Both the position numbers and the translations under genes were made by a program. 64,000 nt of DNA, taken from Haliotis rubra. Its lineage: Eukaryota. Below are positions 48,849-62,105 of the stretch, one piece after another. The notes under the pieces are model-generated. The model searched no databases and had not been told where the DNA came from. It was given only the letters and a program-made list of their open reading frames with translations. The stretch covers positions 248,001 to 312,000 of the forward strand of contig NW_025766747.1 of assembly GCF_003918875.1 (NCBI RefSeq), given 5' to 3'. Each line of letters opens with the position of its first letter. The stretch's first letter is position 1.

Positions 48849-51074
48849 TAACATGATAAGCGCTTAACCAGATCTGTGATATATCATGTACGATATGTTC
48901 TTGCACGTTCATGACACAGCCTTCATCCGGGTAACTCCTGGCTGTTACTGTGGGTGCCACCGAAGACACTAATAAAACAATACATGTAACACCTCAACAG
49001 TGAGATCCCTGCACCACTATTCATTGTGATCTGACTGCAAGATGTACATCACACCCTAATCAATATACCTACCCACTGGCTGCGACGTACCCCCCGGACT
49101 CTCACCCCCTGGGGATGATTGACCAATATGTCACTCAAGGATCAACTTTGTTAAACATGTCAGTTTTAACTACTAGAATAAATATTAACTATTCCAAATT
49201 GACGATTGAAAGGTGTACAACAAAGTCGAAAATTGCTGCTCTGTATTTGTCAGTAATTGGAAATGATGACAATACTAGCACGATATGCGAACTGTATTGT
49301 TCATCAAAATACAGGAATGTCTTAAATCACCATTAATGGAAAGACAATAGCAATCCATTAAGTCAGCAAATATCATTATATGTTTGAATGGAGGATATGT
49401 AGACGTGACAGACTATGGAATTGGTTTTATTATCAGGACGAATAAGAAAACACACGCACGCACGCACGCACATACACACTGTGTTGGGTTATCCGCGGAT
49501 TAGGAGTATTCACCTTAATAATATACATGTGACACGAGCAGTTGTATCTGATTACCGTTCATGGTTTCATGATGGCGTTATTGGTATCACAACACAGCAA
49601 CACCAAACTTATCGGTTGTTCGTATCGATGATCGCAGAAATATCATTCACTCTGTGTCAATTTAGCTTCATACTGTTCATAGTGTGATTTTAGAAATGAT
49701 GTCTGCTACAACAACAAATCCAAATAGATAGCGAGCGGTTGGATTTCACCCTATTTTCAACCTGCGAAAGGCTGTTGAACAAGAACACAATGATGACTGC
49801 TGGGGCTATTACTCACACGTAGCAGTGAAATATTGCAAACACACAGAAATTGTTGGACAGTGATACTCTTTTCTCAACATGGAGTTATGCCACTTTAACG
49901 ACTCTAAGTTAGGGACATGGTACTATAGTGTAACTGTGAATGAGTGAGTGAGTTTTCAGCAATATGACGGTTGCGAACACCAGAAATGGCCTTCTACATT
50001 ATACACACCTTTGTCGTGACGAGCTAAACAGCTTGGCCACCCTAGAGGCCGCAATGAATGAATGATTGAATTTGTTCTCCATGGCGTTTTGACATTACCC
50101 AAAGCAAAGACCTGAAGTGTTATGCATGTCTGAATATGTTTTAATGTTAATTATGTGAATAGATACGTTTACAAATACGCAAAAAATACAAAAAATCCCT
50201 CTTATCAATTTTGTATCAAGTTACAAATCGTGTTTTCTGCGTCAAGCGAGTGTTCAAGATGAGAACAATAAATACTCTGCCATTTCAATCCATTCATGAA
50301 TTCATGATGCATGAAAACAAAGTTACGAAGGGCTGTCAAAAAGTAGTGTGTCTCACCAAGAAAATGATACAAATGCAGCTGTTTTTATGTTTTATTTTTC
50401 TACATATTATCTGTCAAGGAAATTGGTTTTGCTGTGTTCCAGCCTCACGATCCCCATTGTATTTCACTTTTTATATTGGTACCCCCATAAACGCAAAATC
50501 TGCAATAAATGCATCCCAAACTTCAGGAAACAAAATATGCAAGAAACATTTTGTGTGTTTTGAGATAGGTAGAAGTCTGCTAGAATCAAACTTAGATATT
50601 AAAGTGCATAAAAAGCAACTTGAAACTACAATCGCTTGTCAAAGTGACAACCCCCACCCTTCACGTTTACCGAAACAGCTTGTTTTGGAGGCACTACCCA
50701 CCCTCTTTCAGTTGACGTAATCATAAGACATAACTTATTTTAATGGTTTCACTTATTCAGACATAGTGTCAAGGTCACACAAGTGTCAGTGCTCAATATA
50801 TTGTAAACAGTGACAGCTTGAATATCTGGACACAATGTTTTTGGAAGACTAGAATGGAGGTGTCCTTAAAAAACATCCCCCTCTAAATATAAATCAAGCA
50901 ATCCGAATCTTTGACGGGAAGTCATCCAATACTATACTGAACATATGATGGTATTTGAGAGCATACCATTATTCAAGAGGTACCAAATGACAGATCGTTT
51001 TTCATTTTCTGCAATTATTTTACACATATTATACCCCAATGTCTTGTGATGACTAATATGTCGTTAACCACAGT

Positions 51075-52282
51075 ATTCCTACATCGGGCAGCCAGATTCT
51101 TCTTAGCCGTCGCTAGAAAAACTCCAAATTTAGCAGTTCGTGGCGAAATGGGCTGGGTTTCTCAGTATACCAAACAAAAAATTGAGGTTCTTCGTCTTTG
51201 GCGTAAACTTCAGTTACTTGAATTTAGCAGAATACCCAGCGTTATTAGCAGATGGTCATTTAATTGGAGGAGATCTTGGTATAGTGGAGCTCATAAATTA
51301 TTTATTAGTTTTCATTTACCTATAAATGATCTGTTTAGTATTTCACATGAGGAGTTTGTTGCGGCTAAAGAACACCTTAAGGCACTAGACAGTTTTGATT
51401 GGTTTTCTGGGCTCTGGAATGATAAAGGGCAGGACAACGGAAATAAATTACGTACTTATCGTCTTTTAAAAGATTTTTTACAAGTTGAACATTATGTTGA
51501 AACAATTCTACCTAGGTCACATCGTAGTATCTTGAGCAAATTCCGTTGTGGCACTTTGCCATTAGAGGTAAAATTGGGTAGATATTCTCGTCCGAAGTCT
51601 CCCCTTCATGAAAGGGTGTGTACTCGCTGTAGTAGCAATGCCGTTGAAGATGAATTACATTTTCTGGTTAACTGTGATTATTATTCAGATCTCAGATATA
51701 ATCTTTGGAAGGAAATAACCAGTGTCCATCCTACATTCTCCTCTATGTCAGCAGTAGATAAAATGGTATTCTTACTTACAAATAACCAGTTCGTAAAACA
51801 CCTTGCCGCACTCGTCCATACTATGTTTAGGCGCCGGAATATTTCTGTAGAATAGGTAACTCTACAATGTACTTATAATAATAACGTCAACGTGTTTGTT
51901 ATTTATGTAATTTATGCATTTTAGGTAAGAAAGTGTAAGTGTGTGTGCGTGCGTGCGCGTGTATGTGGGCCTGTCTGTCGTAGGTGTCTGTCTGTAGGCT
52001 CGTGCGCTCGTGTGTGTGTGTGTATGTGTATGTGTGCGTGCGTGTGGGTGTGTGAAGGTGTATGCGTTTTGTGTTTGTGCATACAGTTCGGCCTGCGTGT
52101 GTGTATGTGTGGGTGTGATTTTATTACTAATGTTTTATACAACTGTGATATTTGTGTCTCATAGGCCTTATGGCTGGATGCTGCTTTTAAACTCTCGCAA
52201 TAATGTACCGTCCTTTCTAATGTTCTGCAGCATGTGACACATTAATAAACTATATTTCTTCTCTTCTTCTTCTTCTTCTTCT
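51075..52282 (+). mobile_element. 5'-truncated non-LTR retrotransposon (open ORF2 C-terminus, TG-rich 3' UTR, (TTC)n tail)
   Basis: HRAARFFL..TPNLAVRGEMGW, GNKLRTYRLLK, FRCGTLPLEVKLGRY, RVCTRC..VEDELHFLVNC zinc knuckle; aataaa followed by ttc repeats. Confidence 0.88.
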
Positions 52283-52515
52283 GTAATTTCGGATATGGCT
52301 TTGCTAATGATTCCTTCATAACGAAATGGAAGCTTTTCAAACATTGGACATAGAGAATATAGTTAGGCTCATTACGGGTTGATAGCCCCTCGTATGATCA
52401 AAATAATGAAAGGTTCACTTAGTAAACCTCAATCTAGAATGGCGATCTAACTAACATGTGACCTGACTATCAGTTTGTCAGCGAACTTGACGGACAGCGT
52501 ATGGCGATGAAGATA

Positions 52516-53050
52516 CCAGACAGACAGACTGTTTATTTGATCCTTCATACAGTAACTAAATATATAAATAGATATAGTTCATTAATAGGATGTATATAGG
52601 GTCATTCCATGCAGAATTACGAGTGATTTTACAGGTTGAACTGTACAAAGGATTTAAAATAGAATACAGTTTAAAACGAACACATATCATGAATTGTATA
52701 AACTGTTCTCCTTTTACTAAAGATAAAATGACAGGTTTTGGCAGCTAATTATAAAGTACATATTGCATAGTTTGATAAAATAAACGAATCTTTTGGAGCA
52801 TCACATAGAGTGTAAAAATCCGGGCATATCACATGGCGCAATTGTAAAAGGTTACAACATTCAGCATTGTATACAGGACAGATAATTCAATATATGTATT
52901 TCGTCCTCAGTCGAAGTTGGACAATTAAAACACGTTCTTTCATTAAGTGGTACATTGTTATATCTACCAAGTTAAACATTGATGGGAGCAGTTCCACATC
53001 TAAATGTAGCAAGGGCACTTCTGTACAGGCGTGGTATATGGCGAGATCTG
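52516..53050 (-). mobile_element. Degraded non-LTR retrotransposon 3' fragment
   Basis: Minus strand reads RSALATFRCGTAPINV*LGRYNNVPLNERTCFNC..TEDEIH; (tctg)n tail at about 52516-52530. Confidence 0.75.
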
Positions 53051-53446
53051 AGACTTGTTAATCTGATGTAAATACAGTAATATAACGATACACAACATTA
53101 CTTTGTCACTCACTGAAATGAAATTGTAATTAAAACAGTACCGAATAGGCATAAGAGACACATCGCAAAACACATTAGTGAATATAAATAAAGAAACAAA
53201 GATACTAAGCTGTAATAGTACAATACTACACACTGTATATTGGTACCGTTAGTTCATGCAGCATGTTTCCACATAGAACAATATTACACCTTGTGGAACA
53301 TGTGAAATGTTGTCATACATAACAAAATACCTACGTTGTGTAAATGGTAGGTACAATACCTCGGTAAGTTGGAAAATGTTAATTCACCTCACATAAGCAA
53401 AGCGTAATTGTCCTTACATGGTTTTCTCAAACAATACGCCACACTA

Positions 53447-54021
53447 TAGTCCGTTTGACTTCATTTGACACCGATGAATTGCTCACTAACACAAAATCTT
53501 ATACATGCAACAAAATCAAACTTTGCACAGTCACATGAAATCGACAGACCAACTCTGATGATTTGTCTCATAATGTTGGACACCCGAATAAACAAGTTGT
53601 TTAACAAACGATCATTATTTTGTTGTCACTTTTCGCTGTTTCTTACGAGGGATAACCACTTGCTAGTAGAACAGCCAGGTAACCAACAAGCGTGTGCAGT
53701 GAAATTTCAATTCCACACGTACAACTCGCACACCTGGCTGGTAACCAACAAGCGTGTGCAGTGAAATTTCAATTTCACACGTACAACTCGCACACCTGGC
53801 TGTTCTACCAGCAAGTGGTCTCCCCTCGTAAGAAACAGCGAACAACAAAATAATGATCGTTTGTTAAACAACTTTTTTATTCGGGTGTCCAAAATTATGA
53901 GACAAATAATCAGAGTTGGTCTGTCGATTTCATGTGACTGTGCAAAGTTTGATTTTGTTGCATGTATAAGATTTTGTGTTAGTGAGCAATTCATCGGTCT
54001 CAAATGAAGTCAAACCGACTG
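53447..54021. mobile_element. Foldback MITE (Tc1/pogo-like ends, TA target) with about 230-bp inverted arms
   Basis: ta|tagtccgtttgacttcatttga...tcaaatgaagtcaaaccgactg|ta; internal direct repeat of about 60 bp. Confidence 0.85.
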
Positions 54022-55874
54022 TAATTGAAACAAATCTTATTGTACAAAATCCAATACGCATAAGGTGATGCCCGGTTATTTACGGAATGAAATAATTTAA
54101 CATACTAAATGAGAAAGTAATGCAAAAATATTGCATCTGTCACGTGATAAGCATCATCGTGACAACGCCAACTTAGAGTAGGACATGCTTACTCTTTTCC
54201 CGAACACCGGGTGTCACCACTTATGAGATCCATTCAAGTAATGTTCACAACTACTTTGCCTTTAACGCTCAGAGGCGAGGCTGATTATCATCTGTCGTTG
54301 AATTTGTATATTTACCAGAAACGATGACACTTATTTTGATTTCAATGGACTGAGAATCAAACATAATTATATAACACTGCCGCGGACCTAATCTGTGGCA
54401 TGATTTACAGTGCGTCGAAGTGAACAAATATGTACTTGGTTCTGTACACACTAGCAATCAGATTACACCATCGATTATGTATTGGTGTCTCACTCTTCAC
54501 ATTCATGACATATACCACAGTGGTATGAAACATTTATTTGGTAAAAGGCTCCGTTTGGGGTTTAAGAGCCATTTGTCTATACGTTATTGAATACCATCCT
54601 TTGTTTGACAAATAATGTTTCTGGAGGTTCTCGTGGTTTAGTGACATTTATCTGTTATACAAAAGACACAAAAATAAACAAACAAACAAGGTAGGAGAGA
54701 CTCATTAAATGAGTTGTTGGATTATAGAGACACCATCCGCTCTGTTTTACTTCACTTACTTTATGACGTCCAAACTATTTGACATATATCAATTATGTAC
54801 ACCGTTTAAGGTTGAGAACGTTGTCAGTACTGAATATCAGTTTTCGTTGATCTAAATCATTTATGCATGCTACAAGCCTATGACATAAAACATGTATGTC
54901 ATACCACACTGACAGAAGTATGCCCATGCAAGAAGGTAGCAGGAAACCACATTCTTCTTTGTTTGCTGCTTAACACCTCAGTCAGAAATATTCCACCTAA
55001 ATGACAACATCTGTACATAATCGAGTATGGACCAGGCACTCTAGTGATTGACATAATGATTTTCAACTGGGATCGACAACATGCATCAGCTAAATCAGAG
55101 AGATGATTACAGATTGTATGGAAGTTAACTTTGACTGTCACGTACACAGTCTGTAAATAGCCTCCCCATGACCAATTCCTTGATGAGCGATGACGAGCTG
55201 TACACACGATAACAGCACACATTTTCTTGTGAGAAATGCATTATAGGAAATCGTGCTGACAAAGTCAAAGCATCCACTTTCAAAGAAAATATGTAAAGGA
55301 GCCTAACTCGTGACGTCAATACGACTTACAAAGCACTTTGCAGGTACATACCTTCACAAAAGGTTGAATGACAAATATGTTGACGTAAACAAAACAAGTG
55401 AATAATTACTGTTCAATAAATCATGCTTTGTTCAGTCAAGTAACCAAAGTAAACTCAGGAGGTATGCCTTCAAACACAGTAACATCCGAGCTCGATATAT
55501 TCCTAAAATCTCGTGTGTATTTTGTAAGGAAAAGTATCCTTGAATAAACAAGCAACATATATAACTCTGGAAATATACTGGACAGAAATAGTTAGGGATA
55601 TATGTAAATTTTGAAATTGTGAATAATGATCTATTGATTCATGGACACACTGATAAAATATCAATCATAAAAAATTATCAATATCCCTCATTTATTTTGT
55701 CCAGTATATATGTTTATTAATAAATACCCGTAAATATATATTATATGTGACATTCCATATACTTGCATGATGTCATAGAGAGAAGAATCCAAGTCTTCCG
55801 TGTACAACTGTGTGATCCATATCTAAAAGTCATTGCACATAGCACTATTGAGTCCACTTGAGTCAAGTGTTCGA

Positions 55875-56967
55875 TCACTGATCACAGTCTAATGCTGTAC
55901 TGAGGCTGGGGTAAAGGTGGCCCCTGTACAACCGGGCTGAGAAGTGCTGTTGTAGAGCGAGATACGAAGTGTGGGTCTGGTCCGACAGGGCTGATGGCTT
56001 GTCTGTGCTGTATACCCGTTCGGGCCCTGAATGAGAGCTGGAGAGAGGGGAGCCGGTCAGGAGCTGTTGATGCTGCTGGCGTTGTAGTAGCCGGCTGGTG
56101 GAGAGTAGACTGTAGGAGATCCCATAGTCCAGGTACTAGGGTCGGGGTTGCCTGGTGTGCTGCAGGAGTGTGTCAGTCCTTGGGGTAAAGGGCCAAGATT
56201 AAGGGGGCTGAAACCTGGATAGGAAGATGGAGCCCTGTAAAGCCCAATCTGTCCGTACGGACTGACGTGGTGTAGAGTAGCGTTGTTGCAGTGTTGTTTT
56301 GGGGCCGACTTGAAACGTTTGGAACGACGAAGGAAACTACCGTTACCGAACATGTCTCCACAAGATGGATGCAGAGCCCACAGGTTACCCTTGCCTGGTT
56401 TGCCTGGAGGTCGGGGCACCTTGACGAAACAATCATTGAGGGACAGGTTGTGTCTGATGGAGTTCTGCCATCTCCGTTGGTTGTCTTGGTAGTAGGGAAA
56501 TCTCTTGATGATGTAGTTGTAGATGTCGTTGAGAGTCATCATACCTGTAGTGGAACTCTCGACGGCCATGGTGATGAGAGCCACGTATGAATAGGGAGGC
56601 TTCTTGTTGGAAAATTGTCTGCTTTGCTGGGACAGAGTTGACGTTCCGGGGAAGTTGTCAAGGCTGAGATTGATATCACCGTCGTTGTCAGAAGATAACG
56701 AAGATGATGGTGATGGCAGGAGGCTGTCGTCATCGTGTACTGAAAGGTGATAATGGTCGCTGTGCGAAGTCTCCTTGAGTTTGTTATCCAATCCATTTCC
56801 TGAAAGAGGCGCTTGCTGAGGCCTGCGTTTTACTATCGACGAGTGAGATACAGGTGAAATGGGGGGACGTCGGAGACGACACCTGCTGCACCATAAAGGG
56901 GGGTGGTATCGTCTCCATTACAGTACATCTGGAAGGTGTTTAAACACTGAACAGCTGAACTCGCCAT
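55875..56967 (-). CDS. foxAB: FoxAB-like copy 5; two apparent -1 frameshifts in G runs (young pseudogene or assembly error)
   Basis: ATG 56967 ([15 protein letters not shown]) lies about 60 nt below TATAAA 57027-57032. One extra base in G6 at 56861-56866 joins the forkhead ORF 56057..56791. gg at 56060-61 is ggg in copies 2, 4 and 6; restoring it extends the frame to TGA at 55875-55877. Confidence 0.75.
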
Positions 56968-57882
56968 ATTCACCCAAAGGAACAGGAAGGTACGCTTTAG
57001 TGTCGATACTATCCACAACTCTGGCATTTATAGCAAAACCGATTCATATTCCATAAGCGGACAAACTAGGAAACAATACAAGTAACATGCAGAAGAAGAA
57101 AGTCCAGTATGCGTTAATTAAACGCCTGCTGCCATTGACCGATCTCACTGTGCTTGTCTTTCTATTGTTGTAGGTGCGGGGATGTTCAGCTGCCCCAGAT
57201 CGCCCGAGGTTTAGCTATTATACAAAGCAAACACTTATTATCTGTGTTGACTCAAACATTTCACGCTCGTTAACATCTACTTATGTGTGTAGGTTTAAAC
57301 GATTTGTACAAAGACAACTAGAACCCAAGAAGTACTCTGTATGCCATTACAACTTGATTTAAACAGTATTTAATATGTAATACACAATAATGAATAATAC
57401 ATAAAGGATCAGTAAACAGACTGCATCAAGCCTAATTTTATAAATGCTTCTCCTAGACATAAACTTATAACGAATGAATTTTGTGGAAATACAGAAAATG
57501 AGCAGACAAATGCTTTCATAATTCAATAATTTCAGACTAAATACAGCATATGGAACCACACTTTATGAACAACGGTCGGTATCATTCAAGAAATTGTAAA
57601 CAGACAACTTGATACTCAGCATTACTATAGATCAGTAGCGAGCAGTTTTAATGTGATGATAATAAAATACATTTATAGTTATATTTCATTTTTGAATATT
57701 GGTTTCGTTAAGATTCGCGACTGACAATGGTGCGACATAACAACAGCTTGTCTTAACAACATGGTGACTCAACAACGATGTGAGAAGACATGACCAAAGC
57801 TTGTTGCCTCCCGCCTGTAGACATAAGCTGGCCGAGTCGGCCTCTTTGATGTCGTCATGCAACTAACGAGATTAAATCAGCT

Positions 57883-58140
57883 CTGGATTAGGATTAGATT
57901 AGAATCCATGTCTTGATAATCTAATTGTAATTTCATTAGGAACAGATTATCACTTTAATTCATGAAAGAGAAAATATATATCAGTTTCCTGTTTGCTTGC
58001 GCCTCCTAATGCACCTTGGTCGGAACGTTTGTAGCAGTGACCAAGTCCATGCAAACATTCCTAAGTCCCCGACACTCGGCCTGGTCAGCGACTGTGTTCT
58101 GGCTTAAGGGGGCGACAGTGTTGGACTTGCTGCACGCGTC
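57883..58140. promoter_or_regulatory. Module B upstream of Fox copy 5
   Basis: ctggattaggattagatta...cagattatcact...gtttcctgtttgcttgcgcctcctaat...ggcgacagtg...ctgcacgcg. Confidence 0.5.
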
Positions 58141-59293
58141 AATTGTCATAATCCTATTTCAAACGGAGCCAAAAGTATTTTATGTACCGGTTGGACATTT
58201 GAACTGAAACATAAAAGTTCAACTGAATGGGCATTTCACAAAATAAGTCATTGTGGAAATTAAACGCAACTGGATTACTGTCACATTACACACAGAAAAC
58301 TATACAGAACTGACCTTTAAACATGTCATACTGGCCAAAATATAATTTCAAAGGAAACAATTCCCTGATTTGGTGATGAGGTAAATGTTATTCTCTGAGG
58401 TTGGGTTCATGGACAAACTAACGTAAGCCACGGAGGCTTCCAGGTTTGGATTGGGTTAGATGGTTGTAGCTTAGTGCTGGCAATTAGGTGTCTGACTCTG
58501 AGAGTGTGGGTTCGATTCTTGGATGGGACTCAACCTAACTAACGGACTAGAACTTGTACTTTACTGAGAAAGTATAATCCCAAATATAATCTATAATACA
58601 TTTGTCCACTTTCCAAATGACCTTATGTGTTCATGGCCATAGTTCTGGTTGAAACTACTACATGCAAACACTATTTCCTCCTCCCAAATGTTGGCCTTGC
58701 ACATTAAAAAACAGTTCACCAGAGTTTAACAGCGGTCAAAACAATTCTAATAATCAGTTATCACTGCCATGCATAATAACTTTATAAATCACACAGAAAA
58801 CAATTGTCAAGTACAGTTGTGTACACGGACGCCGTTATATGTTATGGTTGCTAGTATAAAGGTGCGACGGCTGATTTATTCTGACGCTGGTTGGGCACCA
58901 CAATCTAAGCGTAACTCCAGAATGTAATATTTGTTAATCTTCTCTGCACGGACAGCATGCATCCAGTGTTAATGATTCATCGTACCCTATGTACATCTGT
59001 GACACACAGAGCTGGACTCTTTGGGTGTCTTTGAAATTTAAATACAAACGACATGGACCTTGAGTTCAAATTTAGGTAAGAAATTTAAGAATATTCACGG
59101 TTTTATAATTAATAGTTCATTAAAGGACCGGTCACGCAGCAGTAGTTTTGTCCGAAGTCAGGCAACGAAGAAACACCTACTTCTTTCCAATTACTGTTTC
59201 CAATTCACGTAGTCGTTGCTGTGTTGCTATCAGATATACAAGTGCATTGCTTTATTCATACAGTAGTTACATGTACACTTGATTGCTATCAGA

Positions 59294-59453
59294 GTGAGTG
59301 AGTGAGTTTAGTTTTACGACGCTTTTAGCAATATTCAAGTCATATCTTTGCGAGGGACACCAGAAATGGACACATTTCACCCATGTGGGGAATCAAAACC
59401 GGGTCTTCGGCGTGACAAGCGGCACTTTAACCACTAGGCTACCCCACCGCCCC
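59294..59453 (-). mobile_element. SINE family A with target-site duplication
   Basis: Reverse complement of family A; flanked by gattgctat(c/t)aga. Confidence 0.88.
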
Positions 59454-60583
59454 GATTGCTATTAGATACTGGTCACATCACTTATCAGTGAGACGCTTCT
59501 CGTGGGAGGCGAGTGTGGAGTGTTTCCATTTCATTTCATGTCACATAGGACATATAAAGTTGTGAACACACCAGAATCTTACTGAAGGGGAAGTGGCAGA
59601 CAGACCTTGCATAGAGCCTTTTAACACTCATCATCATTTTGTCCATATTTGCAACGGTATTGGTAAAATCAATCATTTACCTTTCTGATTTGTTAATGCT
59701 CTTCTTGACCTGCATTTAATAATCTAAGTAAAAGTCACAAAATAGCCTATCACTTTCAGACGTGGATTTTATTACGGGGGAAATGTATTCATGTCAACTT
59801 CTGTATTGTAAGGAACGCGACGTTGTAGAGCATATTGCTACTCTTTCATCAGGCGAATGAAATCTAGGAAGCAGAGAGTTATATATAGTGTACAATGAAA
59901 ACAACAAAAGTGATAAGACAACAAAGGTGGACGCTTGTGAGGGAAGACAGTAGTTGATTGGCGCTGATTGGTAAATGTAATCATGGATCATTTTATTACA
60001 AGCAAACAGAGTACTTGGGTCATACGGTCTATCCAGAATTTGTTGGAATATATATATTACGATTATCAATGTGGTCTATTCCTTCAATGTTGAACCTTTT
60101 GAGTATCTCCCTACCACCAGCGGAGAGGTTAATAAGATGTTGTGATTTTGTTAGTGATGAAAATAACTTTTAAATGAAGATTTGCGGTGTGACATATTTT
60201 GTGCAAATTTTATTGCTCAAGATTCAGAATGAAAACAAAATCCCACTCAATAAATTCAAGAGTTTTACAAAAATTGTTTACATCAGGGCTTTTAAAATGT
60301 TTAAGTTATCATCATGTTACATTTATCCCTGAGGATAAATATGTTTTATTGTCAGAGATCCTTTTATGTGTTAAAACATGTTATTATCTTTTTATGTCTG
60401 TCATAATTCTGTTTTGAATGGTTCTGTACATTTTTTCAATAAATGAATTGTATGCAAAAACGTATGTGTATTTTATCTTTGTACAGAAGCGAGACGTTAA
60501 TAAATTTTATCCCTCTCTCGCCTTTTTTTCCTTCGTTGCCACACCAAGGCGTTTGTCTGGCTGGATACACTTCATAGTCTTCT

Positions 60584-60720
60584 NNNNNNNNNNNNNNNNN
60601 NNNNNNNNNNNNNNNNNNNNNNNNNNNNNNNNNNNNNNNNNNNNNNNNNNNNNNNNNNNNNNNNNNNNNNNNNNNNNNNNNNNNNNNNNNNNNNNNNNNN
60701 NNNNNNNNNNNNNNNNNNNN
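60584..60720. other. Assembly gap (N run)
   Basis: Run of n. Confidence 0.99.
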
Positions 60721-60995
60721 CCCTTAAAGCATCTTCGCTGCAGCGTGATGTACAGTCACTGATACCTTAGTTGTGGTATCAAGAATCACATACAAATATT
60801 TGAAATAATGATATTTTATTATTTTAGCCACACATAAACACATGTACAGGATCACATTCATTCGCTTTTATGAAGATGCTGAATGTGACATGGAAGATGG
60901 ACCAGTGGTGTTAAAGAATAACATCATAGCACTTATGGATGCAAGTGGTACACAAAAACGTCTTAAATGTCAGATGATTAACAAAGTACTGTTCG

Positions 60996-62105
60996 TCAGC
61001 CAGTTTTCGCTTTGGTTACGGAATCGCTGACAGTATCATTTGTCTTGTTTTTTGGAAATGTCAAGGCTTGGTAAAGAGCTGGGTAAGTTGAAGGTGAGAA
61101 GTCAGGGAGAGAACCAGGGTATGGCATCTGTGACATGTAGGTCCAACCCAGGGGCGAACTTCCTGGGGGAGAGCCGGAGAGAGGGGAGCCGGTCAGGGAG
61201 CTGTTGATGCTGCTGGCGTTGTAGTAGCCGGCTGGTGGAGAGTAGACTGTAGGAGATCCCATAGTCCAGGTACTAGGGTCGGGGTTGCCTGGTGTGCTGC
61301 AGGAGTGTGTCAGTCCTTGGGGTAAAGGGCCAAGATTAAGGGGGCTGAAACCTGGATAGGAAGATGGAGCCCTGTAAAGCCCAATCTGTCCGTACGGACT
61401 GACGTGGTGTAGAGTAGCGTTGTTGCAGTGTTGTTTTTGGGCCGACTTGAAACGTTTGGAACGACGGAGGAAACTACCGTTACCGAACATGTCTCCACAA
61501 GATGGATGCAGAGCCCACAGGTTACCCTTGCCTGGTTTGCCTGGAGGTCGGGGCACCTTGACGAAACAATCATTGAGGGACAGGTTGTGTCTGATGGAGT
61601 TCTGCCATCTCCGTTGGTTGTCTTGGTAGTAGGGAAATCTCTTGATGATGTAGTTGTAGATGTCGTTGAGAGTCATCATACCTGTAGTGGAACTCTCGAC
61701 GGCCATGGTGATGAGAGCCACGTATGAATAGGGAGGCTTCTTGTTGGAAAATTGTCGATTTTGTTGTGAGAGAGTTGACGTCCCGGAAGCATCAATGCCG
61801 ACATGGTCGTTATCTGAACATGACGATGGTGATGATGTTTTACTGACGTCGTTGTCTGATGGGGTTGTCATGGCCCCAACATCTGGAGATAGCTGCAGAT
61901 TACCTTGTACGACATCAACGGGGTGAGTTGATTCCTCGGGATTTGGAAAAGACATATGCGGCTCCGGACTTGAGTTTGGAGACAAGAAGGACAACATCTG
62001 CTGCATGGAAGAAAACGACGACATCATGTTGGATAATTTGTCAGTTTCTTGATTGCTGTAGTGGAAGACATCCATACCAGGAACACTTGAGTTGGAGACC
62101 GACAT
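60996..62105 (-). CDS. foxAB: FoxAB-like forkhead transcription factor, copy 6 (369 aa, intronless)
   Basis: Intact ORF; core nearly identical to copy 5 with unique termini; TATA at 62184-62190 and TAATCC at 62200-62205. Confidence 0.9.
   Translation of the reverse strand: MSVSNSSVPGMDVFHYSNQETDKLSNMMSSFSSMQQMLSFLSPNSSPEPHMSFPNPEESTHPVDVVQGNLQLSPDVGAMTTPSDNDVSKTSSPSSCSDNDHVGIDASGTSTLSQQNRQFSNKKPPYSYVALITMAVESSTTGMMTLNDIYNYIIKRFPYYQDNQRRWQNSIRHNLSLNDCFVKVPRPPGKPGKGNLWALHPSCGDMFGNGSFLRRSKRFKSAQKQHCNNATLHHVSPYGQIGLYRAPSSYPGFSPLNLGPLPQGLTHSCSTPGNPDPSTWTMGSPTVYSPPAGYYNASSINSSLTGSPLSGSPPGSSPLGWTYMSQMPYPGSLPDFSPSTYPALYQALTFPKNKTNDTVSDSVTKAKTG

Noticed and set aside
50211-50720. 169-aa ORF
   Set aside because: Non-ATG start, no recognisable motif, AT-rich intergenic composition.
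51046-51855. 269-aa ORF as a host gene
   Set aside because: It is the C-terminus of a LINE ORF2 followed by a retroelement 3' tail.
53465-54003. Mirror-image ORFs of 98-99 aa on opposite strands
   Set aside because: A consequence of the MITE inverted arms; no transposase motifs.
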